From: Candidatus Staskawiczbacteria bacterium
Lineage (GTDB): Bacteria; Patescibacteriota; Minisyncoccia; Minisyncoccales; Staskawiczbacteraceae
Direction: 5' to 3'
DNA: 64,000 nucleotides
Assembly (NCBI GenBank): GCA_903835075.1
Contig: CAILLM010000004.1
Span: 144,532 to 208,531, forward strand
Shown here: in pieces, positions 62,434-64,000 of the stretch
How the letters are laid out: every line of letters begins with the position of its first letter
How positions within the stretch are numbered: the first letter of the stretch is position 1
The notes under the pieces: model-generated
The model's input: the letters and a program-made list of their open reading frames with translations, nothing else
What the model was told of the DNA's origin: nothing
The model's database searches: none
Position numbers and translations under genes: made by a program

Positions 62434-63588
62434 ATGAAAGCAAAACGATTGATGTTCAACGTAGGCCCAGTCACTCAGCGTTCAATGCCGTACTGGCCGC
62501 TTCAAAACCCCGGCGCCGACCCGTTTGGTGGACCCATTTATGGCCCGACAGGGTCAATGGCAACTACTGACATCCTCTGCTGGGCCGCCGGCGAGGGACT
62601 GATTGAGCGTACGACAGCCCATGACGATGACCTCGTCCCATGGGATCCCGATAACCTCGAAGACGACATCGATCAGGATGGTCCGGTGTACAAACACATT
62701 ATGGAAATCAAGGCAAAACTCGATGCCGCCGGCCTCGAATTCCATGCCATTACGTGTAACCTCCATTCGCACCCGATGTTCCGTCGCGGTGGCTTGACCA
62801 ACCCCACTCCGGAAATCCGCGAATTGGCCAGGCAGAAGGTTTGGCGGGCGTTGCGCATTGGCGCTTTGCTTGGTGCGACGGCCTTCATTTATTGGATTGC
62901 AAGGGACGGATCCGAAGTCCCCATTGTTGTGCCGCCGCAAGCGATGCAATGGATCGAAGACGGCCTCAACGATGTGACCGATTACATCGAAGAAATGGGG
63001 TTCACCAACTACAAAATGGCGAGCATCGAGGACAAGCCCAACGAACCACGTGGGCATATGTTTTTGCCAACTGCCGGTCACGCCGCGGCATTCACTTACA
63101 AACTCAAGCGGCCTGACTTTTGGAAGGTCAATCCCGAGCTGTTGCAACACGAAGCGATGATTTGCCTCGATGCCGATACATGCGTTCGCTTCTTGGTTCA
63201 TCTCGGGAAGCTGGGCTTCTTGCACTTCGGATGCCAAATCAAGGGGCAATTCGACAGCGACTTCCCGCCGCTTGTTGGACCGGAAGGGTTGAAGGAAACC
63301 GTCAATATGTTCCGCGTGCTCGCACAGCTCGGATGGAGTGGCATCGTTGAATACGATTGCCATCCGTTGCCAACGGAAATGTTTGGTGTCGATCCCACCG
63401 ACTGCCGTAAGCAATTTATCCGTAATTGCAGCGACGGTCTCGGTATCGCGTTGGCCCTGGCCGCACACCTTGAGAAATACAAGGTCGGAGACTTGGGTGA
63501 CAGCGGGGAAGATTTATTGTCCATCCGCGTGATGTGCAGGCTTGGTGACGACGAACTCCTCGGCTTTGTGTCGCGGGATGTCAACTAA
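62434..63588 (+). CDS. divergent class-I (actinobacterial-type) xylose-isomerase-like protein, strongly GC-rich
   Basis: TTAHDDDLVPW (compare FHDDDLIPF), TCNLHSHPMF, IEDKPNEPRGHMFLPT (compare EPKPNEPRG), NPELLQHEAM, FDSDF. Start ATG 62434 (MKAKRLMF). The upstream part of the ORF-track frame is promoter and leader. Confidence 0.7.
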   Translation: MKAKRLMFNVGPVTQRSMPYWPLQNPGADPFGGPIYGPTGSMATTDILCWAAGEGLIERTTAHDDDLVPWDPDNLEDDIDQDGPVYKHIMEIKAKLDAAGLEFHAITCNLHSHPMFRRGGLTNPTPEIRELARQKVWRALRIGALLGATAFIYWIARDGSEVPIVVPPQAMQWIEDGLNDVTDYIEEMGFTNYKMASIEDKPNEPRGHMFLPTAGHAAAFTYKLKRPDFWKVNPELLQHEAMICLDADTCVRFLVHLGKLGFLHFGCQIKGQFDSDFPPLVGPEGLKETVNMFRVLAQLGWSGIVEYDCHPLPTEMFGVDPTDCRKQFIRNCSDGLGIALALAAHLEKYKVGDLGDSGEDLLSIRVMCRLGDDELLGFVSRDVN

Positions 63589-63617
63589 CCGGTAACACGT
63601 CGAATAAACCCAACAAT

Positions 63618-63664
63618 GCCTTTGCGCGAAACTTTCTAAGTTTTGTGCAAAGGCTTCTTTTTTT
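63618..63664 (+). terminator. intrinsic terminator
   Basis: GCCTTTGCgcgaaactttctaagttttgtGCAAAGGC followed by TTCTTTTTTT. Confidence 0.7.
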
Positions 63665-63730
63665 GTGTAAAATAATTTTAGGATTGAAAAAATAATTTTT
63701 TATGGTATATTTATATTAAGTTTGAAAACT

Positions 63731-63804
63731 AGGGGCGTAGTGAAATGGTATCATATCGGTCTCCAAAACCGCTGGTCTGGGTTCGATTCCCAGCGCCCCT
63801 GCCA
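63731..63804 (+). tRNA. tRNA-Trp (CCA) with encoded CCA end
   Basis: Hand-folded. Acceptor AGGGGCG/CGCCCCT, anticodon loop CTCCAAA, canonical T arm CTGGG-TTCGATT-CCCAG, 3' GCCA. Confidence 0.85.
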
Positions 63805-64000
63805 GTTCGGTGTTAATATAATTTTTCCTTCTATTTCAAGATTTTTTACCAATTTTGTAGGCTCAGTTCGGACAATTTTTCGGTCTTTTATCCAAAACCC
63901 ATCCCAGAATAGGGACAAGTAAAGCCTCTTTATATGATAGGGGGCTTTTTTGTATGCTTCATAAACATTCCTTGCCATCATTAAAACCTCTCTTAACAAA
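63751..64000 (-). CDS. 3' end of a second serine-recombinase-like gene (gene starts beyond the right edge); its last ~18 codons overlap tRNA-Trp antisense
   Basis: IKRLYLSLFWDGFWIKDRKIVRT parallels KREIFSTIGSNLIIKDGILTI in the 13269-15023 recombinase. The tails RWESNP and RWLNESVANP are also similar. Confidence 0.5.
   Translation of the reverse strand, partial: LLREVLMMARNVYEAYKKAPYHIKRLYLSLFWDGFWIKDRKIVRTEPTKLVKNLEIEGKIILTPNWQGRWESNPDQRFWRPI

Noticed and set aside
62554-63584. Long antisense and alternative-frame ORFs (304, 128, 91, 76 aa and others) over the xylose-isomerase-like gene
   Set aside because: Only the 62434-63588 frame carries xylose-isomerase motifs. The others are by-products of high GC content.
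1-64000. Alternative genetic code (UGA recoding), as in some candidate phyla
   Set aside because: Long conserved genes (gyrB, dnaE, glmS, guaA) read through uninterrupted with the standard code, and several genes end in TGA.

Overview
This is an AT-rich (about one-third GC by eye, not computed), gene-dense bacterial window using the standard code. Promoters are canonical TTGACA-17-TATAAT and terminators are stem-loop/U-tract. The gene content suggests a small-genome Patescibacteria/CPR-like organism (inference): a minimal housekeeping set, charged tails on S16, L32 and GyrB, a SWIB protein, and a single-chain PheRS. The left ~22 kb is accessory. It holds the edge of a phage packaging module (TerL, small HTH, ParB-methylase), an overlapping-ORF amino-sugar tailoring cluster, and a GC-rich RNHCP cassette. 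It also holds a ~7.7 kb island bracketed by two diverged copies of a 110-aa zinc-ribbon gene. That island carries a large serine recombinase, a PrimPol/helicase and two decayed GC-rich radical-SAM/SPASM genes. A GNAT plus MccF-like peptidase pair follows. The right ~42 kb is core: guaB-purA, pheS, gyrB, secE-nusG-rplK, a dTMP cluster (dCMP deaminase, tmk, thyA, folA), gatB, miaA, miaB, glmS, thrS, dnaE, rnhB, rpmF, nusB, rnc, rpsP, KH, trmD, tRNA-Tyr/Thr, rpmG, guaA and tRNA-Trp. Five signals look most unusual. (1) Two tandem self-contained cassettes encoding paralogous very acidic small proteins, with covarying 5' and 3' RNA hairpins and a rod-like ~145-nt RNA, sit inside the rpsP-KH-trmD operon. 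(2) A ~23-30 nt GC-rich repeat (CCCTTCGACAGGCTCAGGGCAGG) and related GC palindromes occur in-frame in essential genes (folA, gatB, miaB, miaA, nusB, trmD, rpsP). (3) GC-rich single-gene cassettes each carry a consensus promoter, a CA-rich leader and a terminator. (4) Two tRNAs appear to have coordinated A18/G55 elbow changes. (5) A second serine-recombinase gene ends inside tRNA-Trp at the right edge. All calls rest on reading the sequence and remembered family motifs. No searches or computations were run, and hairpin coordinates are good to about +/-3 nt.
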